The notes below the pieces were generated by a model, which saw only the letters and a list, made by a program, of their open reading frames with translations, was not told the origin of the DNA and made no database searches. The position numbers and the translations under genes were made by a program. From assembly GCA_052148655.1 (NCBI GenBank), contig JBKQHU010000132.1:22813-86812 (forward strand): a stretch of DNA of 64,000 bases. Direction: 5' to 3'. This document shows, in pieces, positions 51,991 through 62,900 of this stretch; the first letter of the stretch is position 1; each line of letters begins with the position of its first letter. The DNA is from Acidimicrobiales bacterium (GTDB lineage Bacteria; Actinomycetota; Acidimicrobiia; Acidimicrobiales; Bog-793).

Positions 51991-52623
51991 CTAGCTCGCC
52001 CTTTGCTTGCCGTGCTCCGAAGCGGCCGCTTTGGACGGCGCCACGAGCGGGCCCGACGCCAGCCGCCTGAGCAGGGTCGCCATCTCGACCGCGGTCGCAG
52101 CCGCCTCTGTCCCCTTGTTCCCGAGGGCTCCGCCGGCGCGCGCCAGCGCCTGGTCCAGGTTCTCGGTCGTGAGGACACCGAAGACCACCGGTAGGCCCAG
52201 GTCGAGCTGGACGCGCTGGATGCCGGCGGCGCACTCGCCGGCCACGAAGTCGTAGTGCGACGTCTCTCCCCGGATGACGGCCCCGAGGCAGACGACGGCG
52301 TCGAAGTCGTGGGTCTCCGCCAGCGTCATCGCTGCGAGCGGCAGCTCGAAGGCACCCGGCACGAACACGACGGTCCTGTCGGTCTCGCTGACTCCACGGC
52401 GATCGAGCTCGGCCAGCGCTCCGGCGAGGAGCAGATCGGTCACATGCCCGTTGAAGCGGCTGCAGACGAGGGCGACGTGAAGGCCTCTCCCGTCGTCAGA
52501 GCCGCGGGTCCCCTCCCCCTCGCTGTCAGCTATCGCCGGCAGGCGGTGTGCCGGGGTCCCGGCATCGTGAGCTGGGAACTGCTCGCCGAGGTCCACGCCG
52601 GGCAGCTCTTCAGCCGACGCCAT
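51991..52623 (-). CDS. ribH: 6,7-dimethyl-8-ribityllumazine synthase
   Basis: Blocks [44 protein letters not shown] and FGVLTTEN. There is a long N-terminal extension. The start is ATG 52623 or 52638. Confidence 0.9.
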   Translation of the reverse strand: MASAEELPGVDLGEQFPAHDAGTPAHRLPAIADSEGEGTRGSDDGRGLHVALVCSRFNGHVTDLLLAGALAELDRRGVSETDRTVVFVPGAFELPLAAMTLAETHDFDAVVCLGAVIRGETSHYDFVAGECAAGIQRVQLDLGLPVVFGVLTTENLDQALARAGGALGNKGTEAAATAVEMATLLRRLASGPLVAPSKAAASEHGKQRAS

Positions 52624-53896
52624 CGAGATCGCCGGCATCGCCGATGCGCGCTTCGGCACTCTGCTCGGGCACCGCGGTCTTTGGCGGCAGCGTGTCGAGG
52701 CCGTGGAGGAGATGGCCCATCCGTTCTTGCTTGGTGCGCAGGTACTTGACGTTCTCCGGGTTGGACTCGGCCTCGAGCGCCACGCGCTCGACGATGTCGA
52801 GCCCGTAACCTTCGAGGCCCCCGTACTTGGCCGGGTTGTTGGTCATGAGGCGCATCCTGGTCACCCCGAGCTGGACGAGGATCTGGGCGCCGATGCCGTA
52901 CTCGCGGCTGTCGACCGGCAGCCCCAGCTCGACGTTGGCGTCGACAGTGTCGCGGCCGTTGTCCTGGAGGTTGTAAGCCCGCAGCTTGTGGGTGAGACCT
53001 ATGCCACGGCCCTCGTGGCCGCGGAGGTAGACGATCACGCCTACGCCCTCGGCACCGATCCTGCGGATCGCCGCCTCGAGCTGCGGCCCGCAGTCGCAGC
53101 GGAGCGACCCGAACACGTCACCGGTGAGGCATTCGCTGTGCACGCGGACGAGCACGCTATCCTTGCTCTGGACGTCGCCCGCCACGAAGGCGAGGTGCTC
53201 CGCGCCGTCGAGCAGCGACCGGAAGCCGTAGGCGGTGAACTCGCCGTGCTCGGTGGGGATGCGCGCCTCCGCCACGCGTTCCACGAGCCTCTCGCGGTGG
53301 TGCCGGTACCGGACGAGGTCCGCGATCGAGATGATCGGAAGGCCGTGTCCAGCGGCGAACCTTTCGAGCTCGGGCCGGCGCGCCATTCGTTGCTTGTCCG
53401 TGGTCACGATCTCGCAGAGCAGCCCGGCGGGGTAACAGCCCGCGAAGCGGGCCAGGTCGACGGTCGCCTCGGTGTGGCCGGCACGCTTTAGGACACCGCC
53501 CGGGCGGTAGCGCAGCGGGAGCACGTGGCCCGGCCGGGCGAGGTCGTCAGGTTTTGTGTCGGGGCTGATGAGCGCCTGGATCGTCGCGGCCCGGTCCCCG
53601 GCCGAGATGCCGGTGGTGGTCCCGTGCCGGTAGTCGACGGTCACTGTGAAGGCGGTGCGCTGGGACTCGGTGTTGCGGGAGACCATGAGGGGAAGCTCGA
53701 GCTCGTCGAGGCGGTCCGGCATGAGCGGCACGCAGATGAGCCCGGAGGTGTGGGCGAGGAAGAAGGCCACCTTCTCGGGGGTGGCGAACTCCGCCGCCAT
53801 GACGAGGTCGCCCTCGTTCTCCCGGTCCTCGTCGTCCATCACGACGACCATCTCGCCGCGCCCGATGGCTGCTATCGCTTCCTCGATGCTGGCCAT
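52610..53896 (-). CDS. ribBA: bifunctional DHBP synthase / GTP cyclohydrolase II
   Basis: Blocks [55 protein letters not shown] and [13 protein letters not shown]. Confidence 0.95.
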   Translation of the reverse strand: MASIEEAIAAIGRGEMVVVMDDEDRENEGDLVMAAEFATPEKVAFFLAHTSGLICVPLMPDRLDELELPLMVSRNTESQRTAFTVTVDYRHGTTTGISAGDRAATIQALISPDTKPDDLARPGHVLPLRYRPGGVLKRAGHTEATVDLARFAGCYPAGLLCEIVTTDKQRMARRPELERFAAGHGLPIISIADLVRYRHHRERLVERVAEARIPTEHGEFTAYGFRSLLDGAEHLAFVAGDVQSKDSVLVRVHSECLTGDVFGSLRCDCGPQLEAAIRRIGAEGVGVIVYLRGHEGRGIGLTHKLRAYNLQDNGRDTVDANVELGLPVDSREYGIGAQILVQLGVTRMRLMTNNPAKYGGLEGYGLDIVERVALEAESNPENVKYLRTKQERMGHLLHGLDTLPPKTAVPEQSAEARIGDAGDLDGVG

Positions 53897-53967
53897 CGGC
53901 ACGTCGCTCTCCGCCTCCTTCTCCCGCCCCGAGCCTACCGGCCGTGGGACAGCCGCGAACTCGCAGG

Positions 53968-55029
53968 TCACCGGGGCCCTGTACCGCCCGGTGGCGCCGG
54001 CACCGGCGCACAGCGCGCACGGTCCGGTTCGACCTCGAGACGAAGGTCGTCCCCGAGCTGGCACACCGAGACGAGCCGGCCGCGCCAGGCGTCCTCGATC
54101 GTCGCCACGCCCGGCCCGGCAAGGAGCGGACGGCCGTCGTCACCACCCAAGAGAGCCGGCGCCAGGTACCACACGTAGCGGTCCACGAGGCCGTCGCGGT
54201 GGAAGTCGTGGGCGACATGGGCGCCGCCCTCGACGAGAAGCTGCAGGACGCCGCGCCCTCCGAGCTCGTCGAGCACGGCGCCGAGATCACCGGCTAGCTC
54301 GAGCGCTGGCCGGACACGGGCGGTGTCGGGGACGTGTCCGAGCACGACCCGAAGGGGCTGGCGGCCCGGCTCGGGGGCGTCGTCGCGGCGCACGGTGAGC
54401 GCAGGGTCGTCGCGGCGCACGGTGCCCGCCCCGACGAGGACGGCGTCGGATTCGGCCCGCAGGCGATGAACGTCGCGCCGTGCCTCGGCGCCGGTTATCC
54501 ACCGGCTCGAGCCGTCCGGGGCCGCCGTGCGCCCGTCGAGGGTGGCGGCGAGCTTGAGCACCACGTAGGGCCGGCCGGTCGAGCGATGCACGAGGTAGGG
54601 GCGGAGCTGGTCGGTAACGGCCCGGGCACAGACCCCGTGCGAGACCGTGACGCCCGCCTCCTCGAGGGCCCGGAAGCCTGCGCCGGCCACGCGCCGGTCC
54701 GGGTCACCGATTCCGGTGACGACGCTGGCGACGCCGGCGCGGATGAGGGCGTCGGTGCAGGGCGGGGTGCGGCCCTCGTGGGAGCACGGTTCGAGGGTCA
54801 CATAGACGGTGGCACCGCGCGCCCGCCCGCCTGCCGCGGAAAGGGCGGCGATCTCCGCGTGCGGCCCGCCCGGAGGTGCCGTCGCCCCTTCTCCCACGAC
54901 CTCGCCGTCCCGGTCGACGATGACGCAGCCGACCCACGGATTGGGCGACGTCGTCGTGCGCACGGATTGGGCGAGCTCGATGGCCCGGGCCATGTGAGCC
55001 TCGGGCGCACCGTTGTCTTCTCGGCTCAA
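53968..55029 (-). CDS. ribD: riboflavin biosynthesis deaminase/reductase RibD
   Basis: Deaminase motifs are [18 protein letters not shown] and [14 protein letters not shown]. Reductase block is [15 protein letters not shown]. The start is TTG 55029 (TTGA overlap with mog) or ATG 54993. Confidence 0.93.
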   Translation of the reverse strand: MSREDNGAPEAHMARAIELAQSVRTTTSPNPWVGCVIVDRDGEVVGEGATAPPGGPHAEIAALSAAGGRARGATVYVTLEPCSHEGRTPPCTDALIRAGVASVVTGIGDPDRRVAGAGFRALEEAGVTVSHGVCARAVTDQLRPYLVHRSTGRPYVVLKLAATLDGRTAAPDGSSRWITGAEARRDVHRLRAESDAVLVGAGTVRRDDPALTVRRDDAPEPGRQPLRVVLGHVPDTARVRPALELAGDLGAVLDELGGRGVLQLLVEGGAHVAHDFHRDGLVDRYVWYLAPALLGGDDGRPLLAGPGVATIEDAWRGRLVSVCQLGDDLRLEVEPDRARCAPVPAPPGGTGPR

Positions 55030-55529
55030 TGCGGCCTTTCACCTCTGAGCAGGGAAAGGGCGTGGGGCAGCACGTCGAGGACCGCCTCGAGACACTCGAG
55101 CGCCCCTTTGGTGGACCCGGGCAGATTGAGAACGAGGGAGGACTTGACCGTCCCCGCCGCGGCGCGCGACAGCCGGCCGAGAGGGCTCGCCAGCCTCATC
55201 GCCTCCGCCAGGCCCGGTGCCGGACGATCGAGCACGCGCGACGTGCCCTCCGGGGTCAGGTCCCGGGGCCCGAACCCCGTCCCGCCCGTGGTCACGATCA
55301 AGCCGGAGAAACCGGCCGCGAGATCGGTGAGCGCCGCGGCCACGGACTCGACGCCGTCGGCGACGGCTCGCCGTTCGACCACCTCGTAGCCCTCGGCTGC
55401 CAGGCGCTCGGCGACCGCCGCCCCCGAGAGGTCCTGGCGCGTGCCCGCGACGACCCCGTCCGAGACGGTGCACACCTTGGCCTGCAGCTGCTCGGCGAGG
55501 CCTGACGGGCCCGCGGGCGGGGCGCTCAT
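55026..55529 (-). CDS. mog: MoaB/Mog-family molybdopterin adenylyltransferase-like protein
   Basis: 167-aa product with LIVTTGGTGFGPRDLTPE and LPGSTKGALE. ATGA overlap with the rpe stop. Confidence 0.8.
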   Translation of the reverse strand: MSAPPAGPSGLAEQLQAKVCTVSDGVVAGTRQDLSGAAVAERLAAEGYEVVERRAVADGVESVAAALTDLAAGFSGLIVTTGGTGFGPRDLTPEGTSRVLDRPAPGLAEAMRLASPLGRLSRAAAGTVKSSLVLNLPGSTKGALECLEAVLDVLPHALSLLRGERPH

Positions 55530-56251
55530 CTGCCCGGCGAGATGGCGGCCAAGGCGGCGCCGTGGATCAGGCGCACCGTCTCGGCCGGGTCGGGCGAGTG
55601 GAACACGGCCGAGCCGGACACGAAGCACCTCGCCCCCGCCGAGGCGGCGACCGGCGCTGTGTGGGCGTCGATGCCGCCGTCCACCTGGAGCGTGACGTGA
55701 AGGCCCTCGCGCTCGGCCTGGGCCCGCGCCTGGTGGAGCTTTTCCATGACCTCCGCGATGAACGACTGGCTGCCGAAACCGGGGTGCACCGTCATGATCA
55801 GCAGCAGGTCGACCAGATGGAGATAGGGCGCGGCCGCCTCGTAGGGCGTCTCGGGGTTCACGACGAGCCCTACTGCGAGCCCGAGCCGGCGCATCTCGGC
55901 ACACAGGTCCTCCGTAGCGCCCACCTCGACGTGCACCGAGCAGGAGTCCGCCCCCGCCTGGCGGAACGCCTCGAGGTACTCCCCGGGATCGGTCATCATC
56001 AGGTGACAGTCGAAGAACATCTGTGTGCGCCGCCTGATCGAGGCGACGACCGGGGGCCCGATGGTGATGTTGGGGACGAAATGGCCGTCCATCACATCGA
56101 CGTGCAACCAGTCGGTCACGCCGGCCACCCTGGCGATCTCGGTGCCGAGCGTGCCGAAGTCGGCCGACAGTATCGAGGGGGCGACCCTCACCTCACCGGG
56201 CGCCAGGATAGGAAGGCCGGGCGCGTGAGGACGTTCGGTGGCTTCGACCAC
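55526..56251 (-). CDS. rpe: ribulose-phosphate 3-epimerase
   Basis: Blocks APSILSADFGTLG, LHVDVMDGHFVPNITIG, DCHLM, MTVHPGFGSQ and VDGGI. The start is uncertain (GTG 56251, 56191 or 56302). Confidence 0.9.
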   Translation of the reverse strand: MVEATERPHAPGLPILAPGEVRVAPSILSADFGTLGTEIARVAGVTDWLHVDVMDGHFVPNITIGPPVVASIRRRTQMFFDCHLMMTDPGEYLEAFRQAGADSCSVHVEVGATEDLCAEMRRLGLAVGLVVNPETPYEAAAPYLHLVDLLLIMTVHPGFGSQSFIAEVMEKLHQARAQAEREGLHVTLQVDGGIDAHTAPVAASAGARCFVSGSAVFHSPDPAETVRLIHGAALAAISPGR

Positions 56252-56286
56252 GGCTCCACCGTAGCCAACCGCCTCCTTGCGGGCGG

Positions 56287-57222
56287 CTACTCGCCCAGGC
56301 ACTCGCCCGCCCTCGGTCGTGCGCCCCGCCGCCACGCCTCGAAGGCCAGCTCGGCGCGCCCTTCGGGCCTGACTGCGAGCAGCTCGAGGCGGCCCAGGCC
56401 GCAGACCACCTCGTCACCGACCAGGCTGCCCGGGGCCGGAGGGACGAGCCCTCCCCGGGCCGTCCCCGCATCACCTCCGGGGACCCTGCTGTCAGCGCTG
56501 GGTCCCCGCTCCTCGGCCACCCGGGCGCGCTCGACGATCAGGCGCCTGCCTCTAAAGGTCGTCCAGGCGCGCCCGACCCGCACGAGACGGTCGAGCTCGA
56601 CGGCGGGGCGCTGCCATGCGATCCGCAGCTCGTCGCGGTCGATCTTGGCGGCGTAGAGCGCCTCCCCCACCTGGGGCGTGGGTGTGCCCAAGGTCGCGAT
56701 GCCCCCCTGCAGTCGCTCGAGGAGCAGGGCCGTGCCGAGCTCCGCGAGCCGCGCCCGCAGCTCGTCGGCGCTTTCGTGGGGAAGGATGGGGGTCTCGACG
56801 CGGGCGTAGACAGGTCCGGTGTCCAGGCCTTCATCGATCGCCATGAGGCAGACTCCGGATTTCTCGTCGCCGGCGAGGATGGCTCGCTCGACCGGCGCGG
56901 CACCCCGCCAGCGCGGCAACAGCGAGAAATGAAGGTTCACCATCGGCACGTGCTCGAGCACGTCGGCGCGTATGAGCGCCCCGAAAGCCACCACGACGCC
57001 GAGCTCGACGCCCGCGCCGAGCACGTCAGAGACGCGGCTCGAGACCGGGATCCCGAGCTCGAGGGCGCAGCCTTTCACAGATGTCGGCAGGAGCGTGCCC
57101 CCGCGACCCCGACGACGGTCGGGTGCGGTCACCACGATGGCCACGGCGTGGCCGGCATCGTTGAGCGCCCGCAGGGGGCCGACCGCGACCTCCGGCGTGC
57201 CGAGGAAGGCGAGCCTCGTCAC
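56287..57222 (-). CDS. fmt: methionyl-tRNA formyltransferase
   Basis: Blocks RLAFLGTPE, VNLHFSLLPRWRGAAPVERAI and GVCLMAIDEGLDTGPV. Confidence 0.93.
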   Translation of the reverse strand: MTRLAFLGTPEVAVGPLRALNDAGHAVAIVVTAPDRRRGRGGTLLPTSVKGCALELGIPVSSRVSDVLGAGVELGVVVAFGALIRADVLEHVPMVNLHFSLLPRWRGAAPVERAILAGDEKSGVCLMAIDEGLDTGPVYARVETPILPHESADELRARLAELGTALLLERLQGGIATLGTPTPQVGEALYAAKIDRDELRIAWQRPAVELDRLVRVGRAWTTFRGRRLIVERARVAEERGPSADSRVPGGDAGTARGGLVPPAPGSLVGDEVVCGLGRLELLAVRPEGRAELAFEAWRRGARPRAGECLGE

Positions 57223-57246
57223 CGGCCGCGTCCCGATAAGGCGGGG

Positions 57247-57762
57247 TCAGCCGTCGCGGCCCGGCCCGGCGGATCCGGCGAAGGCACGCGCCCTGAGCAC
57301 CCGCATGGCCTGCTTGCGCTGGTCCTTGTCGAGGCGCTCGAGGAGCAGGATGCCGTCGAGGTGGTCTACCTCGTGCTGGAGAACCCTGCCCAACAGCTCG
57401 TCACCCTCGATCGAGAGCTCGTTACCCTCGAGGTCGAGGCCCACGAGATGGACCTCATTCGGCCGGACGATCGGCCAGTGCAGGTCGGGGACCGACAGGC
57501 AGCCCTCCTCGTACTCCCATTCCCCACGGGACTCGACGATTCGCGGATTGACGACGGTCACCGGACCCTCGCCGACGTCGAAGACGAAGATCCGGCGCTC
57601 GATGCCGACCTGCGGCGCGGCCAGGCCCACTCCGGGCGCGGCGTACATGGTCTCGATCATCTCCGCGGAGAGGCGCACGATCTTGGCGTCGATCTCCTCC
57701 ACCTCTGCGGCACGCTGGCGCAGCACAGGGTCGCCGAACACCCGAATGGGGAATATGGGCAC
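57247..57762 (-). CDS. def: peptide deformylase
   Basis: The three deformylase motifs are present: GVGLAAPQ, EGCLSVP and QHEVDHLDG. GTG start. Confidence 0.95.
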   Translation of the reverse strand: MPIFPIRVFGDPVLRQRAAEVEEIDAKIVRLSAEMIETMYAAPGVGLAAPQVGIERRIFVFDVGEGPVTVVNPRIVESRGEWEYEEGCLSVPDLHWPIVRPNEVHLVGLDLEGNELSIEGDELLGRVLQHEVDHLDGILLLERLDKDQRKQAMRVLRARAFAGSAGPGRDG

Positions 57763-57829
57763 CGCGCAACTTTACCTGTGCGCAGCCTCGGACCTGCGCT
57801 GCGACACGCGACCGGGAGGCGTCGGCGCC

Positions 57830-58648
57830 TCAGGCGAAACGCGCACGGACGACCTCACCGATCCGGGCGCGCAACGCCGGGCGGGCGCGGGGCACCCCGA
57901 TGCGGGAGATCTCGATCCGCTGCGGCCCTTTGCCGTCACGCCCAGGCACGACCAGGTGAGCCGCGACATTCTCGCCTGCGGCACTCATCACAAAGCCCGC
58001 ATACTCGCCCACGGGCGGCAACAGGATCTCACCGGGGACCTCGAGCGCGAGATGGGACCGCTCTCCCGGCTCGTGGCCGGCGTCGGCGACGACGAGCCCG
58101 CGCACCTCGTGCGGCCTGCCGAGAAGAGCTGCCGCCTCGGAGAGCTCGCCGTGGGCGATCAGCCCCCGGATCCGTGTCGACGAAACGACCTCATGGGCGT
58201 GATCGTCGGAGACGAGATGCACCGGCTCCACCGAGAACCCGGCCTCCTCCCCCATCGCCTGCAACAGGGCGACATTTCCACGGCGCTGGTTGCCGAAATG
58301 GAAGTCGTCGCCGATAACGACCACCCGGGCCGAGAGCTCGGCCACGAGCACCTCGGCCACGAAGTCCTCCGCCGTCTCCTTGGCGCGTTCGGCGTCGAAC
58401 TCGATGACGAGGATCTGGTCGACGCCGGTCTTGGCCAGGAGCTCGAGCTTGAACTCGATGTCGGTGAGCCTGGGCGGGGCCGACGCCGGATTGATGACGG
58501 CGGCCGGGTTCTTGTCGAATGTCACCACGACGCTGCGCAGCCCTCCACTGGCCGCCCGGTGCCGGACGTGCTCGATCACCCGGCGGTGGCCGACGTGAAC
58601 ACCGTCATAGGCCCCGATGGTCACGGCACTGCCGTTGTCGAGTCGCAC
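57830..58648 (-). CDS. ribF: FAD synthetase / riboflavin kinase-like RibF (short, 272 aa)
   Basis: The N-terminal FMN adenylyltransferase motifs are clear (IGAYDGVHVGHRRVI, VVTFD, SSTRIR). The C-terminal kinase-like part is short and degenerate (see finding). Confidence 0.85.
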   Translation of the reverse strand: MRLDNGSAVTIGAYDGVHVGHRRVIEHVRHRAASGGLRSVVVTFDKNPAAVINPASAPPRLTDIEFKLELLAKTGVDQILVIEFDAERAKETAEDFVAEVLVAELSARVVVIGDDFHFGNQRRGNVALLQAMGEEAGFSVEPVHLVSDDHAHEVVSSTRIRGLIAHGELSEAAALLGRPHEVRGLVVADAGHEPGERSHLALEVPGEILLPPVGEYAGFVMSAAGENVAAHLVVPGRDGKGPQRIEISRIGVPRARPALRARIGEVVRARFA

Positions 58649-58660
58649 AGCCGACGCAGG

Positions 58661-59647
58661 CTACTCGCCGCTCGCGTCCGGCCCGGTGCCGACGCGGACA
58701 TCGTCGCTGTTGCGCACGACGACAACGGGCCGTACGCGCTCGAGCCCCACCGGCCCGCAGATGGCCACCAGCCTGGCGGACTCGTCCACCACCGCCCAGG
58801 GGCCCTCGCCCACAACGCCGAGCGCCAGGCGCTCGACGCTGCGGCCGTGCCCCAGCGCCCGGGCCAGCTCGGGGCTCGCGACCGCGCCCGGCAGATCTCG
58901 CACCAGCTCCTCGAGCGGGCGCACTCGCTCGGGTGCCACGGTCTCGAGCGCGAGCGCCTCGAGGTCGTTGAAGGACCCGATCGACACCCGGCGCAGCGCC
59001 CTCAGATGGGCGCCGCCGCCGAGCCTCGAGCCGAGGTCGGCCGCGAGCACGCGCACATAGGTCCCCGAGGAGCATTCCACGAGGACCCGGTAGCAGTCGG
59101 ACTCACCGGTCTCGAAAACCTCGAAACGGAAGATCTCCACGCCCCGTGGGGCCCGTGCCACCTCGATGCCCTCGCGGGCGAGCTCGTGCAGCCTGCGCCC
59201 GCCGACCTTCACCGCCGAAACCATGGGAGGGATCTGCTCGATCCGGCCCGTCAAGGAGCGAGCCGCTTCTCGAACCTCGGCGAGGCTCACGGCGCCCATC
59301 TCGAAATGCCCGGTCACCTCTCCTGAGGCATCGAGCGACGAGGTGGTGACCCCGAGCACGATCTCGGCGACATATGTCTTCCGCAGCGCAGTCGCGAAAC
59401 GCAACAGGCGCGTGCCCCTCCCTACGCCCACGATGAGCACCCCGGTGGCGTCGGGGTCCAACGTGCCGGCGTGGCCCACCTTGCGTGTGCCGAGCAGGCG
59501 GCGGCAACGGGCGACTACGTCGTGGGACGTCCAACCTGCCTGCTTGTCGACGACGACGAAACCACCGGGGTCGTCGACTCCCCTCCGCGCCGTCCCGCCG
59601 GACCCGTCGGGCTGGCCGGGCTCGTCAGCGCCCATCTTGGCGGGCAC
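58661..59647 (-). CDS. truB: tRNA pseudouridine-55 synthase
   Basis: GFVVVDKQAGWTSHDVV and KVGHAGTLDPDATGVL (catalytic Asp). The start is GTG 59647 or ATG 59635. Confidence 0.93.
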   Translation of the reverse strand: MPAKMGADEPGQPDGSGGTARRGVDDPGGFVVVDKQAGWTSHDVVARCRRLLGTRKVGHAGTLDPDATGVLIVGVGRGTRLLRFATALRKTYVAEIVLGVTTSSLDASGEVTGHFEMGAVSLAEVREAARSLTGRIEQIPPMVSAVKVGGRRLHELAREGIEVARAPRGVEIFRFEVFETGESDCYRVLVECSSGTYVRVLAADLGSRLGGGAHLRALRRVSIGSFNDLEALALETVAPERVRPLEELVRDLPGAVASPELARALGHGRSVERLALGVVGEGPWAVVDESARLVAICGPVGLERVRPVVVVRNSDDVRVGTGPDASGE

Positions 59648-59924
59648 GGCGAAGTGCCTCCTCGACGCGCTCGCCGGCGGCGACCGCTGGGTCGGCGACG
59701 AATCTCAACGCCGGCGTGCGCTTAAGCCTCACCTCGCGTGCAATGGCTGCTTGGAGGTCACCGCGCCGCGCTTCGAGCGCCGGGAGTGCTCCCTCGGGCA
59801 AGGAGGCCATGAAGACGGTGGCGTGGCGCAGGTCGGGCTCGACGTCCACGCCCGTGACCGTGAGTAGTGCCAGCCGATCGTCGTCATCGCGGAGCCGCTC
59901 GAGCGCGTCGCCAAGCACCTGCAC
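59625..59924 (-). CDS. rbfA: ribosome-binding factor A (N-terminus problematic)
   Basis: LLTVTGVDVEPDLRHATVFM...LRFVAD is RbfA-like. The first canonical start (GTG 59924) lies inside what looks like conserved helix 1 (see finding). Confidence 0.8.
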   Translation of the reverse strand: MQVLGDALERLRDDDDRLALLTVTGVDVEPDLRHATVFMASLPEGALPALEARRGDLQAAIAREVRLKRTPALRFVADPAVAAGERVEEALRRARQDGR

Positions 59925-59985
59925 GAGGACGGCGTTGACACGCGCGGCCCGCGGATAGCCAGCCGACGATCGGCGATCGTATTGC

Positions 59986-62900
59986 CTAGCTACGGGGGAT
60001 CTCCCGCTCGTCGTAGGTCTCGATCACGTCGCCTTCCTTCAAGTCCTGGAAGTCGGTGAGACCTATGCCGCACTCGAAGCCGGCCTGAACCTCTCTGACG
60101 TCGTCCTTGAACCGGCGCAGCGACGAGACCGCTCCTTTCCAGATGACCACTCCCTCGCGGAGGAACCGGACCTTGGAGCCCCTCGTGATGACACCGTTGG
60201 TGACATAGCAGCCGGCGACGGCACCCACGCGCGGGACCCTGAACACGGCGCGCACCTCAGCGTCGCCGGTGACGATCTCCTCGATCTCGGGGGCGAGCAT
60301 CCCGACCATGGCCGCCTGCACGTCCTCGATGAGCTTGTAGATGATCTCGTAGGTCCGGATCTCCACTTTGTGGCTCTCGGCGAGCTCGCGGGCCCTGCGA
60401 TCGGGACGGACGTTGAAACCGATGATCGTGGCACCCGACGCGGCGGCGATGGTCACGTCGCTCTCGGTGATGCCACCGACCGCACGGTGCACGAAGGACA
60501 CCTTCACGTCGTCGCGTTCGAGCTTGAGCAGGCTCTGGGTCACCGCCTCGAGCGAGCCTTGCACGTCGGCCTTCAACACGAGCGTGAGCGTCGCGGTCTC
60601 GCCTTTGCGAATCGCCTCGAAGAGATCCTCGAGCTTCGCGCCCGGGCTCGCCGAAAGCGTCGACGCCTGGGCCAGCGTCGTGAACCGGAGCCTCTGCTCG
60701 CGCGCGTCGCCGACAGTCCTCGCGATGGAGAGGTCCGAGGTGACCCGGAGCTCGTCGCCGGCGATCGGCGGCTCCGACAGCCCGAGCACCTGCACGGGCA
60801 TGGAGGGGAAGGCCTCTTTGATCTGATCGCCGTGGTCGTTGATCAACGCCTTCACCCGGCCCCACGCCGCGCCGGCCACGATCGGCTCCCCGACGCGCAG
60901 CGTCCCCCGCTGCACGATGATCGTCGCGACCGGACCACGGCCGATGTCGAGGTTCGATTCGAGCACGACGCCTCGCGCGTCGACCTCACTGTCGGCCCGC
61001 AGCTCGAGCACCTCGGCGAGCACGACGAGCTGCTCGAGCAGCTCGTCGATCCCGAAGGACTGCAGGGCAGAGATCTCAACGGTGATCGTGTCGCCACCCC
61101 AGGCCTCCGGCACGAGCCCGTGCTCGGAGAGCTGCTGCAGCACGTGGTTGGGGTCCGCGTCCGCCTTGTCGATCTTGTTGATCGCTGTCACGATCGGAAC
61201 CTTCGCCGCCTTGGCGTGGTTGATTGCCTCCACCGTCTGCGGCATCACGCCGTCGTCGGCGGCCACGACCAGCACCACGATGTCGGTGACGCTGGCCCCC
61301 CTCGCCCGCATGGCGGTGAAGGCCTCGTGACCTGGTGTGTCGATGAAGGTCAGCAACTGACCATGCCATTCCACCTGGTAGGCGCCGATGTGCTGGGTGA
61401 TCCCACCGGCCTCGCCCGCGATGACGTTCGAATGGCGGATACGGTCCAACAGCAGCGTCTTGCCGTGGTCCACGTGGCCCATGACGGTGATGACGGGGGG
61501 CCGTATCTGCAGTTCCTCGTCCTCGTCCTCGATGTCCTCACCACCGAAGAACTTGGCCCGCAGGGCCGCCTCCTGCTCTTCGCCGGGGTCGACGAGACGG
61601 ATCTGGGCGCCGATCTCGGCGGCGAAAAGACCGATCATGTCGTCGGTGAGCGGCTGGGTCGCGGTCACCATCTCGCCTTGCAGCAATAGGAAACGCACGA
61701 CGTCGCCGGCGGAGCGGTTGAGCCGCGGGCCGAGCTGCTGGGGCGTGGAGCCGCGCTCCACGATCACCTCGTGGTCGGGCACGGGAGCGCTCGAAGCCAT
61801 GTAAGCCGTTATCTGGATCGGCTCGAGCTCCTCCATATTCCGGCGGCGACGGCGTGGCTTGCGCTGGGGAGGGCGTCCCCTCCCGACCGGGCCGCCCCGC
61901 GCCGCACCAGTGGGACCACCGGGGGTGTAGCCGCCGGAGCGGGCGCCCGGGGCGCCACCGCCTCCGAAGCCGCCACCGCCGGGGCGTCCACCGTCCCGGG
62001 GAGGGAAATGACTGGGAGCGCGCGTAAAACCGGTGCCCGATCCTGGCCGAGGGCTCACCGGCCGGCCGGCCGGCGGCCTAGAACCGACCGTGCCCGGACG
62101 TGACGGGTTCATCCCCGGGCGCGAGCCCGGGACACCTGGCCGGGGGCCGGCGACGGGCGGGCGCGGCCCCGTGCCGCTCGGGGGCAGCGGACGTCGCGCT
62201 CCGGGCGGTGGCGGGATCGGGCGGCCCGAGATCGATCGCGGCCCTGGCGGCGGCGGGATCGGCTTGCCCGACGGGCTTACCGGCCGGGGCGCGCCGGGTT
62301 TGTGATCCACGCCGGGGGTTGTCGGGGCGACCGCCGGGGCCGATGACGTCGGCATCGTGATCTCGTGCGACACGCCAACGGGGGCAGTCGTGGCAGCGGC
62401 GACAGCCCCGAGAGGCGGTGCGGGTGCGACAGCGGGCGACGGGGCAGGTGACGGCACAGGCGCACGCGCCGGCGGCGGAGACGGCGCCGGCCCGGGCCGC
62501 TGGCCCAAGGGCGCGCCGGCGGGTCGCACCGGAGCCGGGGTGGCCGTCGGCCTGGGCGCGCCCGGACCAGGCACGGCGGCCGGGCGGGCGACAGCGGGCC
62601 GCGGTGCGTCGGTGGTCTCGCTCGTCGACTTGCTCACGACCAGGCGCTGACCGGGACGAGGCTCGTGGGTCGCGGGGGCGGCCTCTGGTTCCGGTCTGGA
62701 GACGACGCCATCGGTCGCACCGGAGGGGACCGGCTCAGCTGTGGGCGCCGGCAGAACCGAGCCCGGTCGCTCGCCCGCCGGGGCACCCGGGCCACGCTGC
62801 GGCCCGCCCGTTCCTCTTGATCTCGCGGCTGCGGTCGAGGTCGCCGGAACTGTCGGAGCCGGCTCTTCGGGTTGAACGGCGCGACGCAGCCCCTCACGAT

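Noticed and set aside
56972-59326. A 784-aa plus-strand ORF, the longest unassigned ORF in the housekeeping block.
   Set aside because: It runs antisense across fmt, def, ribF and truB, all of which have clear catalytic motifs on the minus strand. Its composition is Arg/Pro/Gly-dominated. It is a shadow ORF.
61850-62900. A repetitive-looking Pro/Gly/Ala-rich stretch. The Pro-rich centre of fliK (about 13350-13950) is similar.
   Set aside because: It lies within infB and corresponds to the variable low-complexity N-terminal linker common in IF-2 of high-GC bacteria. The FliK centre is likewise a known low-complexity ruler region. Neither is an independent repeat element.
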